From Heterodontus francisci (taxonomy: Eukaryota): a DNA stretch of 64,000 nucleotides. Shown here in pieces: positions 53,520 through 64,000 of this stretch. Position 1 is the first letter of the stretch; the number at the start of each line of letters is the position of its first letter. The translations under genes were made by a program, and so were the position numbers. Below the pieces are notes generated by a model. It was not told where the DNA came from. It saw nothing but the letters and a program-made list of their open reading frames with translations, and made no database searches. Location of the stretch: assembly GCF_036365525.1 (NCBI RefSeq), contig NC_090421.1, forward strand, positions 6,576,725 to 6,640,724. Reading direction: 5' to 3'.

Positions 53520-56500
53520 ATGTTCAGTTGCCTCACCCCCAAGCTCCAGAATACCCTCCCCTACACCTCTCTGCCTCGCTTTCCTCCTTTAAGACAATCC
53601 TTAAAACCTACCTCTTTGACCAAGCTTTTGGTCATCTGACCCAATACCTACTTTTGTGGCTCGGTGTCTTACTTTGTTTGATAATGCTCCTGTAAAGTGC
53701 CTTGGAATGTTTTATTACATTAAAGGCGCTATATAAATCTAAGTTGTTAAACATTTACTCCCTCCACCACTAGCGCACAGTGGCAACAGTGTGTACCATC
53801 TACAAGATGCACTGTCGCAACTCGCCAAGACTCCTTCGATAGCACCTTCATCACCTAGAAGAACAAATGCAACAGACACAGAGGAGAACTTGCAGGTGGT
53901 GATTCCCTCCCCAAGTCACACACCATTCTAACTTAGAATTATATCACCGTTCCTTCACTGTTGCTCGGTCAAAATCCTGGAACTCCCTAACAGCACCGTG
54001 GGTGTAATCACACCACATAGACTGCAGCAGTTCAAGGCGGCTCACCACCAACTTCTCAAGGGAAATTAGGGATGGGCAATAAATGCTGGCCTACCCAGTG
54101 ATGCCCACATCCCATGAACGACTAAAAAAAAAAAAGCAGCCCTCTTCAGTATTAACTATACAGCTCAATTTATATCACCTGCAAATTCTGATATTGTATT
54201 TCCGACTCCCGAGTCCAAGTCATTTACGTAGACAGTGAACAGTGATCTCACCACCTATCACTCTGGAACATGAATTCCCACCTTCTGCAAGTCTGAGTAA
54301 CTACCTTCAACCTCCACAGTTTTTTGTTTTGTTGCTAGTTTGTGTCCATCCTCTTACTTGTGTACTGACTCCACATGCTCTGACCTTAGTCACGAGTCCC
54401 TTATCAAAAGTCTTTTGAAATGTCTTGTACAATTACACCCACATGCTTTACCCTGGTCTACTCTTTTTGTTACTTCAAATAATTCAGCAAGTTTGGTCAA
54501 GTATTACCTTGCCTTTTGAAATCCATGCTGACTACTGTTTGTATTTTTAGTTCCTAAATGATTTTCTACTCCATCTCCGAATAAAGATTCTTACCAACAA
54601 AACTGAAGTTTATAGTTCTCTGGATTTGTTCTCTCCCTTTTTGAATAAAGCAATAGCATTAACTGTCCGTCAGTCATCTGGCCTTTTCTATTACATTTTT
54701 TTATCTATATAAAACTAGTGTCTCTGCTTTCTCTTCCTTAGCTTTTTTTTTAAAAAAGTACATGCGGGTACAAGCTTCTGGACCAGGAGCTTTTTATTTG
54801 GAGTCTGGCTGTTTTATTATCTTGCTCCTTTCTATCTTAAATGTCTCGACATTCTTCTTGATCTCTTCTTTTGCCACGGCCAGCTTGTAAAAAAAAAACT
54901 TAACTCTCCCCACCTTGGGTAATTCCTTGCTTTATAGTGCTGTGGCACTGCTAATGATTCCCTATCCCAAGTCGCTGTCCTCTTCTGCATCCAACTGTGA
55001 AGGGAGATTCTGTTTGCTTATTGCCATGTTGATTTTTGGTCAGATAGGCGTCTGACAGATGTGGAAACCCATCACCATCGAACAACTGTGAAATCTACAC
55101 TCACCTGTAGAATTTCAGTTTTCCCAATATGGAGAACTACTCTTTCCAAAGGGACACATCCAACTCTATGAAGCTTAGATGCACATCGGCAGAACCAAGG
55201 CCTCACTGCCCTAAATTGTGACCAACTGATAAGCCTAGTGGACTGCTCTACTGACCACTTGCCCTAAGTATCAGTTCCCATGCAGATGGGTGCCCTATGT
55301 TGTAAGGTAATGTCTGTGGAGAAGGCAGCCAAAGGGGATTGCATTATGTCACTGTGACCACCATATGAGTGTTAAGGCCTGGATCTGTTTTTATTGGCTG
55401 GAAAAGAGACTCTGCATGATTTCCAGGAAGCAGGTGCAATTATAGTCATGCTTTGGGAACTACAATGGTGGTTGTTGCCAACAGTCTTAAATATTCTTAA
55501 ATAATATTTTACTGGCAGCCATGACTCGCTGAAAAGGGGATCACCAGACCTCTGAATACCTTAAATCTGTTGAATTATACAGAACAATTCCCTAAAGGAT
55601 TAGTTGTGGCTTAGGGTGTAGCTGGGACAGCTCACGGTTGGTGAAAAAGCCAAAGTGTCGGGCTGCATTTAGCATCTGCCACAAGGCTGCGCTGGAAAAC
55701 CTCAGGCATGGGGGCTCTGATAAGCTAATGGTCTAGGGTACACAGAAATGTACTACAAGCACAGACATGCTAAAAGGAAGCACTCCTGGGTTAGGAATCA
55801 ATCCTGAACTTCGATAGAGAGTACAGGGTGTTTGTTTTCAAACAAAATATCTGCAGTAGAAGGCTGCTCCCTCCTAATTAGAGCAAACTCTTGCCATAAT
55901 CCACAATGCTAGCAATTTGTCTTTCTTGCCCGACATCGGAGGTGTACTTCTGAAATCAAGTGAGTAACTCTCAATAGCCCCCACGCCTTTTAATAAAGCC
56001 GCAAATTCCTGGAGGTGGCTCCAATGGAAATGGAATATCCAGCAGACCATAACCACTGGAGGATGCCCAGGAGTGGATATTGTTCATAAGCTAGGGAGCA
56101 CTCTTGGGCAAGACAAAAAGGCTACAGTTAAGATGGACTTTTCCATACCCTATCAGCTGAGGAAGGAGGTTCTAAAAAGTATCCTAATTTTTCACAGCCA
56201 TCTCTGGAATAACACTTACGTTTGATCAACTTTTGCTTTTTAATACGATTCCAGTATATTCCTCCACCTGTCCCTCAAAAATACCTTCCCCAAAGGGTAG
56301 CAAGAACTATCATTACTATACCCAGAGGAATGACACCAAATGCAGTTAAGCCAGTTTCTGGAGCAATAAACCGAAAGTCATAGATTTCGATGCTGAGACC
56401 AGGGAAGATTGCTGCCTCTTCCTCTGTAGTGCGGCAGCCTGCATTTGGCCCTCAATTAAATGCAGTGGACATAAAATGCTGCAGCTTGTTTCAGAGACTG

Positions 56501-57783
56501 CTCACAGCTATGCAGCCCTTTGACAAACAAATTTTGTCCAATGGGTATGGTGGTATGCCCTCCTGAACCAATTAGACCCATGTTAGCAAATTTACTTACA
56601 ATTGCCAAGACCTTTATGATCATACTCTCTACGAATGCAGCCATGAAGAACTCATGATAGGATCTACAAGATCCAGAGGAAGGGTTCCAATCCAGGGTCA
56701 AGCACCTGGAACCAGTACACCCAGGCATTGGACAACCGTGTTAAATGCTTTTGTGCATTCAGAACTTTAGCCATACAACATGTCTAATCGTTATCACCTT
56801 CCTTCTTTTTCCTGGGACAGTCCGATTCCTAGCTGCCTGTAGATCAATGGGAACGTTAGCCACAAGCTGTGGATGGATTGCCTGCCCCATTATGGCAGGA
56901 TCTTGGCTCTTACTTCTCTCGCCAACTCAAATTGTCTTGTTCAGTCAAATTGGTTATGCTGCATGCTCTGATTCCCTAGTATATTGTCCAAGAAAGGGTG
57001 CCAGATACACCCAAACCCCTCTTTCTTGTCTCAAAGGGAAAAACATTTAGCAAAAATGGTGCGGACAGAGAACATGGCATACAAGTAAAGGTGGGCTTAT
57101 GTAGAATTTGGTTCCATTTTGTGCAGACGTCTTGGTGTCCACCAGTGTTGACACACTTTTGGTGTCAATGAACTCCCTGCGCTGAGAAATGCGAGATGAT
57201 CTTGACCACCAGCAGATGCCAGTGCAGTTTTGACTAGGTTTCCTAATTTTACGGTGTTGTTTTGGCTAATGTGCGAAATACTGTGCAGCTGCTCCTTATA
57301 GGTGTATTTTGTGTACTAGTCAGATTTGACATGCCACTGTATTTTGCTGGCCAAGTATCTGATGTGTGGAAAACCAGCACTGTGCTTAAAGAGTCACCAA
57401 AACAAGCTGAGAAACCCAGACAACAGCAAAGGTAGAGTTTCTCTAATATGGTGCACATACTCTCCCCGTAGGAACACATCCCACTTAAGTCGAGAGAGCT
57501 TGTGCCCAAGTTGACAATAGCCAAGGTTTAGAAATGTCCAAGCGTAAGTAGGAGTACTGCTGGGCTTCAACCAGTTAAAATCATACAGCTTACCAGCAGA
57601 GTACACTTGTAAGCTCCGTGTTGCATGTCCACATAGAATCACTCTACCCATTAGGGCAGTAGTTTGCAAAGATATTTAAAGCTGTGGGAGTAATTGCAGC
57701 CTCCTGTGACAGGTCAACCCTCCAATTCCCATTAAACCACCAAACTGGCTGGTTAATCACCATTAATAGCCTGGATTACTTTA

Positions 57784-58038
57784 TGGCGGGCAGCCATAAA
57801 GGCAGGGCTAAAGTGTGGCGAGTCGAAGAGACTTAGCAGTTGGCAGGAAAAAAGACAGAAGCGCAAGGGGAGAGCCAACTGTGTAACAGCCCTGACAAAC
57901 AAATTTTCCTGCAGCACCTGTGGAAGAGCCTGTCACTCTAGAATTGGCCTTTATAGCCACTCCAGGCGCTGCTTCACAAACCACTGACCACCTCCAGGCG
58001 CTTACCCATTGTCTCCCGAGATAAGGAGGCCAAAGAAG
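57784..58038 (+). mobile_element. RTE-clade 3' fragment, second copy
   Basis: Near-identical to 49587-49840; WRAAIKAG...CSTCGRACHSRIGLYSHSRRC; tail ggaggccaaagaag. Confidence 0.85.
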
Positions 58039-58180
58039 TACTACAGATCTGCATGCCTCAGGTATTGAATTATGGAATCTGCCAAAAAGGATCAACTTAG
58101 TTCTCATTTCCCTTTTCCAGCCTGCCATCTTAAAGGCAATTCAACACAAACAATACCCTGTTTATCAAGATCACCGCTGC

Positions 58181-58343
58181 CAATGTTTCCTCTTAAGCTG
58201 CACACTTGTGCAGAAACCCAAAAGTCCCCACGCAGGCCATGCACAAGTTGGCCCCTTTAAATTACTAAGCAAAAAAACTTAAAGGAGCCACGCGCTTAAA
58301 TAAATCACCCTCGCACTCCAAAAAAAATTTGGAGGGAACGTTG
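58181..58343. mobile_element. hAT-type MITE, same TIR family, inverted relative to the 21611 copy
   Basis: TIRs caatgtttcctc / gagggaacgttg; both flanks end in gctgc. Confidence 0.7.
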
Positions 58344-59910
58344 CTTGCTGCATCATGGTTAAGCAACAAGTTTTGATAGTGATCACAAAGGTTTTGCAAA
58401 TGTGAATGGCAATTTGCACAGATTTTAAAGCCTGTTGTAGGTATTGCTACAGACATCCTCTCACAATTATGAAGTCACTTAGTTCACTTTGTTTTGCTGC
58501 ACACCCTCTATCGCCAGAGCCAATGACAAAGAATGACCATGGGTCAACATAAACACATACTATGCTGAGTGTGAAGTTCAAGACTGTGCTTTAGCCCTTG
58601 TATGCTTACTTTCTTTGACTTTCGACCACTTTATTTGCTCACTATGTGGGGCTCTAAGAAGCACTTGATTGACCACTGATGTTACCATACAACAGAGAGC
58701 GAACCTTCAGCTTCGTGACTGCATTCCTGCCTCAGAGTCAGAAGATGCAAGGTTCAAACCCCACTCCAGACAGTTCTAGTTCTTGAATTCTGGGTCGACA
58801 TTCAGCAGGATACTCTTGCCTGGTGGGTATGGGCATCCCTCACCTATCGTATGGGTTGCAGGAACCCATAAAACCCTCGGACTAACCACTCTGTCAACGA
58901 GTACAAAGATGGTTACAGCCATGGAAGCAGCGTTCACAGTGCAGCTGGTTGGATTTTTTTTTTAAATCAACGTGAATATTTTCACTATAAAAACAACAGA
59001 GCAAAGCTTTTCTTTCTTTGGTATGCTGCACTCGGAAGGGACAGCTTAAGTCTTGTTTTGCGTTTTGTCTCGGTGCTGACATCTTGGGCTTCCTGAAAAG
59101 GACAATACAAAATCTGGACAGACTGGATCAACAGAATGCACAACACTCTCTTGGCTAACCTAGTCTTGAAGAAACGATTACTCCAAATTTTCGCTGACAA
59201 GAATATGATATGAGGAACAAAGAATCTTTAGCTGGGAAACAATGAAGTGGTACAGTGACAGGTCCTGGGAGTTCATATGTTGCAAGAGGAGATCACATGC
59301 AGCATCACCTATCTGCAACATCTTGATGACATTTTTCACGTGCAGACATGGCACATGGTTTCCCTAGAACATATCAAGATAGGCAATACTCCTACAGTGT
59401 GTGGAGGATGAGGAATGAAAAAAATTATGTTGACTAAACAAAATTAATTACTATGAGTAATCTGCAGTGAGTCCAGAATACACGCAAACAAGCATTGAAA
59501 CTGCTGACATTCAGCAGTTAATCCTAGTTATCCCAGAAGGACACAGTTCTGGTTAAGATGCTAACTGACCCCTTGTGTATTTTCTAGCATTTGCAGTGTT
59601 TCTTTTTATTTCTGAAAAGTTATGGTGATTATAACTGCTGCCTCCATTTGTTAATGGCAACTTCTTCAAATTCTTATTGAATTCCACTATTTTCATCCTC
59701 AAAACAGATGTGAAACTTGATTGAACAGCAGTGCAAAACAGAAGTGCAGTTTGAATAAATTAAATATGGGTAACTGTTGGGTAAATAAAACAGGCAATGG
59801 TGACAACATAAAATTGGCTTTAAAAATGAACACAAAAACCCCATCCTAACCCACTTTGTATATATTCTGCATGACTGCAATTGAAATTGAGAAAAGTAAA
59901 CATAAAATGA

Positions 59911-60190
59911 CTTGCATTTATGTAGCGCATTATCACGTCTCTCAGAAACGTCTCAAAGCACTTCACGTACAATGAATTACTTTGAAGCAGTGACAGTAAA
60001 CGCGACGGCCATTTTGCGCACAGCAAGATTCCATAAACAGCCACAAGATCTATGACTAGCTATATTCTGTTTTTTTGGTGCTGCGTGCAGGAGGAATGAT
60101 GGCCAAGATACATGGAGAACTTCCTACTCTTTCAGTGCTGTGGGATCTTTACTGCCCACTGAACTACAGGAACAGGAAGACAGGATCTTG
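59911..60190 (-). mobile_element. Deu/SacSINE1-like SINE remnant about 90 bp into the intron
   Basis: L2-like tail (ttgcatttatgtagcgc), then ttgcgcacagcaagattccataaacagc and gggatcttta motifs; family recalled from shark Deu-SINEs. Confidence 0.6.
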
Positions 60191-60282
60191 ACAATTCTAT
60201 TGCTAATTTAGTGCAGCAGCCAATACTGGCAAACCAGGAAGAACCCTATATTATCTGCAAGCTTGCTCATTACCCACTGTAC

Positions 60283-62654
60283 CTGTATCTGGGAAGAAAG
60301 CATTGGCTAATTGTTGCTGCTGTTGCATCACAACTTGCTGCGTCTGCTGCATGATGCCCAACTGCGATACAGCCAAATGCTGAGTTGACAGCAATTGCGG
60401 TGAGGTCATATGTTGACTCGGCTGTGAAGTCACTATCTGCTGCGGTGGATGTTGCCCTGTTGCCACATGCTGCTGCTGTTGGGACATGACAACATGTGGT
60501 GAGGCTCCAAGCCGCTGCTGTGATGCCGTCAACTGTTGCTGCTGTGAAGATGGAAGAGATCGTGGGATCCCCAAGTGATGATGCTGTATCACCCCCAAGA
60601 TATGTTGCTGTGGCAAGTTTAGATTCTGTGGTGGCCCCTCAAGGTGCTGAGATTGCTGTGTTGTTGGAAGGTGTTGAAGTCCTGGATGACTCTGTTGATG
60701 TGAAACCTCAAGTTGTTGCTGCTGTTGCAGAACTGGAAGGGCCTTTGGTCCTGAATGCTGCTGCTGTTGAGTAGGTACACACTGTGATCCTCCCAATTGC
60801 TGCTGCTGCTGCAGTTCCATTTTTTCTTGTTCAAGTAAGTCATGGAGAAGCAGTGGAAGCTCACTTGCCTCCAAAGAACTCTCTACTTTGACGAGTTCAT
60901 CCACAGATCGACGTTTCGGTTCCATACTAGGCACATGTTGACACATCTCATCAAGTCCAAGTTTACCCAATGTCGGCCTGGACGGGACAGCGAGTGGCAT
61001 CTTGGATACTATAGAAGCTGAAGTTGTGCAGGGTTTACTTTCTAAATCCACATTAGAATCCCCATTGCTAGGATTTTGTGTAGGCCCATGACCACTTGAA
61101 GCAACTGTACTACTTTGAGTGGTAGTTTGTGTTCCACTGGTAGTGCATGCAGTACTCTGACACATTGCTACACTTGTGTTGACACTAAGCCCAGTTCCTA
61201 TACTGAGTAGCATTGAGACTGCTCCTCGCTCATCATCCCCCTTTGGTGGACTTTCTGATTTTATCAAAACTGTCTGTGCATTGGACGTATTTGCTACAAA
61301 CTGGCAAGCTGAATTTTGGGAAATGTTCTCCTCAACCTTCAGTACTAGATCAAGAGTAGGCTTAGGAGAATTGTCAGTAGACGGAGCCCTGCTGACTGGA
61401 TCACTGCACTGACTGCCGGAGTTAGTCTCTGAACTGACGTTATTTACCGGCTCACATATAACCCTATCAGAAGTGGACAGAGTATCTGCAATGACATCTG
61501 ATTTAGCCATTGCTTTTTCATGCTCCTCTCCCTTCTCCATCTTTTCCAAATCACATTTGTTGACTTTATCATTTATACATTTAATTGCTGGGTCTACAGC
61601 ATCTTGATCAGTTAATATATCCTGACCTTCCTCTGCCTTCTCATTTGCAGATTCCACTAAACGCAGTTGCTCTGTAAATATGTCCTTTTTGTCACCCGTG
61701 TCTAACTCAGGGTCAGTATAAGCCAAAAGATCAAACTCTTCACACTTCAGGAGGTCATCCAGGTGGGGGTCATTGGTTTCTAGGTTATCAAGGTTACCAA
61801 GCTCATCGTCTGTCTTACTGTCTGGGTCAAGACTCAGATTGGCAAGGTCGTCTTCTTCATCAAGTTCTTTAGGTGAATCAAGTTCTTCATCTAAAGCTTT
61901 ATCTACTGAGTCATCACAAGGGATCTTCCTAGGATCCAACTCTGCATGTTCTGTAACTACACTGGAGATCGTTGGACTCGAGTTAATTGGAAAGGATACG
62001 GAGCTGTCCTTCAAACTGTCAGAGCAGCAACTAGAAGTGGATGATGTTGTCGATGACGTGGCCTGAAATGTCTGTTGTGATTCAACCTGTACAGTGGATT
62101 CTAATGGCTCTTTCGCCTGGATATGCTGATGGGCACTTGATACGTCCACTGAATGAGGTGAAGATGGCAATGAAGCAGAAATATTCTGCTGGGGCAACAG
62201 TGTAATCCCAACTGGCGACTGCGACAAAGGTGTACCTGGACCTCTTGACATCACCTTGCATCCCTGCATTTGGTGCACAAACGGACTGATTTCTTGATTT
62301 GGTAATGGAAGGCGTGGTCTCGGCTGAGGAGTACGCTGTGCTAATTGGGTGGCAATGGGTAATCGTTGGGAATTGTGTCTCAGTTCTATATATTGAGGAC
62401 TCACAGGAATTGGTGAAGCCACAATTTGTTGCTGTGCATTCTGAAAAGTGATCTGAGTGGCAAGCCTAGGGTTAAGCCCAGCTGTGTTGTTCATTTGCAT
62501 GGTCATTGCAGGCCTGTTCACATGCAAAGCTTCAGGTTGCTGGAAACGAGTCTGTCCAGGAAGTCTTTGTACCAACTGCTGCTGCCACTGTTGCTGTTGG
62601 GCAGCTGGTAAGCCTCTTGGGTGAAATCCTTGTGGGCTATCAACTCCTGATTGT
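60283..62654 (-). CDS. KMT2D: KMT2D exon (human exon 34 equivalent), 2372 bp, acidic and Q-rich region
   Basis: Acceptor ttttttttctag|ACAATCAGG; 774-aa ORF with PQYIELRHN, LDNLETNDPHLDDLL, EFDLLAYTDPELDTGDKKDIF, SELPLLLHDLLEQEK; ends LANAFFPDT with donor G|gtacag (phase 1). Confidence 0.93.
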
Positions 62655-63488
62655 CTAGAAAAAAAAATGAAGTTATAGATATAAATAATGCAAAGCAGTA
62701 GTATTTTGTTAGAACCCTCTTTCCAATTGGGGTAATTTTAAGACACTATTAATGAACAGATTCCAATAATAACATCCCAATAAGGTTGGTTAAAAAAAAG
62801 GTGTCAAATAATTTCCGACATTGAAAGCAGGGAAAAGAGACACTTTTATTCTACATCAAGGCCTTTAGAAAGTGCAAGTGACCACCAATTTAGAAAGTTC
62901 ATTACCATAACTGGCTTTGACTTCTACTGACATAAGGTTCCCTACGATCTAATGTCAATAATGTGATTCCCTGTGATCTAATATTATAGTTCTAACAATG
63001 AACAAAGAAACATTGAACAATGAAAAATATGATGCCTGCTAATATAATGCGCACAGCCAATTACTTATTTACTTGCTGATGCTCAGCAATCAAATCAGTA
63101 CCATCAAAACTCGTTCCACAACCCCTTTCAGATCAAAAACAAGTTCTCACTGCTTGGTGGCTGCACAACGTAGGCCACAAATTCTTTGGGTGAAATCACT
63201 CACAACAGTGTTTTGAGTTGCAAGCTGCACAGGAATATTAACCTGAACATATGTTGCAATTATATCATTCCATAATGGGTCCCACAAAAAAAAACTTCAG
63301 ACTTGGGAACTCTACAATGCCAAAACACCTTTTGTTATACTCTAGCAGATCTTCTGCAGAGTTACTCACAGTGAGTCAGAGGTTATGCTATTGTAGATTC
63401 AGGAATGGAAAGAAGAGATTTAGACAGTGAAGTAAGTGTTTTCCTTGCCTGCAGTGAGTAGAGGATTAATATCTCTTACATACTACAG

Positions 63489-64000
63489 TGTCATGAAAAA
63501 CCCTACATGCCAAATGGGAAATATTAATTGCATCAGTTGGAACCTTGCCTGAGACTTCCACTGGAAATTGTTACAAATAACTTTTGAAAAGAAAAGTTGG
63601 CAGCGAAGATGGCCACTGCAATTTTCATATGAAACCCCAACACCGATTGGAGGCTGCATGACTGATTCAACCTAGCCAGAACAATGGGGTGCTCTCTGAT
63701 TAAATTATCTGAAATGGCTTTATCAGTATGGTCGTCAAGGGCCATAAACACCCACTGACTTTGAAAGAACCAACCCCCAAGTGTGACTGGACAGTTTGAG
63801 GAGTAAAGCCTTGAATATCAGAGAAGCTACCAGAAGGACCTCATTGAAAACACAAAAAGAGGTTTGGGAATGGCACGTGACTACTTGGGCAGCTCTGGAG
63901 AGACGAAACTTGGACTGAGAAAGCAGAATAACTGTAAGCCATCAAGGCAGCAGCTCTCCCTCTCTAGTAAAGATCTAGAGAAGCCTCGGCTGCAACTGCT
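63489..64000 (+). mobile_element. LTR start, same family as 7988-9592, cut by window edge
   Basis: tgtcatgaaaaaccctacatgccaaatgggaaat...aagatggccactgc matches the reverse complement of about 9160-9289. Confidence 0.65.

Larger units (their letters stand above)
49229..53748 (+). mobile_element. L2-clade LINE 3' portion (pieces about 49229-49489 and 52306-53748)
   Basis: WFHSYLSNRSQ, GVPQGSILGP, FHMYADDTQLY, LQLNIGKTE; L2 tail aaaggcgctatataaat. Confidence 0.85.
48826..54135 (+). mobile_element. Family-B LINE split by nested insertions (pieces about 48826-49230 and 53749-54135)
   Basis: YKAQVRSVKEYSPLAW...ggcaccccatcc resumes at aacatttactccctccaccac and ends with tail gcaataaatgctggcctacccagtgatgcccacatccc. 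Confidence 0.8.
54950..59425 (-). mobile_element. Heavily decayed DIRS-like (tyrosine-recombinase) retroelement, tentative
   Basis: Minus-strand remnants resembling DIRS gag end (PFGEGIF) and pol start (HLQEF...IESYSLDFRSTPP), plus a terminal motif shared with 37128-37520. No intact ORF; boundaries approximate. Confidence 0.35.
1..62654 (-). other. KMT2D: KMT2D gene span (partial, 15 exons, continues beyond both window edges)
   Basis: Exon translations match KMT2D-specific motifs (ETNDPHLDDLL, EFDLLAYTDPELDTGDKKDIF, DPIAKAKMVALKGIKKVMAQG, QYEEWLLHTQQLLQMQLK, NNLSNPPTPPSSLPPTPPPSVQQK, ePHD). Splice phases chain consistently across all exons. Confidence 0.96.

Noticed and set aside
1-62654. 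Assignment as paralog KMT2C
   Set aside because: Motifs DPIAKAKMVALKGIKKVMAQG, HTQQLLQMQLK..EEQIGVHRKSRKALCAKQ, NPPTPPSSLPP and the long Q-rich exon fit KMT2D better.

Overview
Vertebrate eukaryotic DNA, most likely a shark/elasmobranch judging by HE1-like V-SINEs, abundant CR1/L2 LINEs and Deu-SINE-like relics. The whole window lies inside one minus-strand gene, the H3K4 methyltransferase KMT2D (MLL2/MLL4). I traced 15 exons by hand, equivalent to human exons 34-48 (numbering recalled from the human gene), all with GT-AG sites and consistent reading frame, running from the Q-rich region to the ePHD/FYRN domain at the left edge. Introns are packed with retroelements (CR1, L2, RTE, SINEs, an LTR family, a decayed DIRS-like element) and hAT-type MITEs. 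Most notable: a 4356-bp Q-rich exon carrying young 36/39-bp coding tandem repeats resembling glutenin; a near-perfect palindrome with about 315-bp arms; a deeply nested TE cluster; two RTE 3' fragments with the same 5' end; and several NAGNAG/tandem splice sites. I see no evidence for a novel multi-gene system. Almost all ORF-track entries are TE fragments or shadow ORFs.
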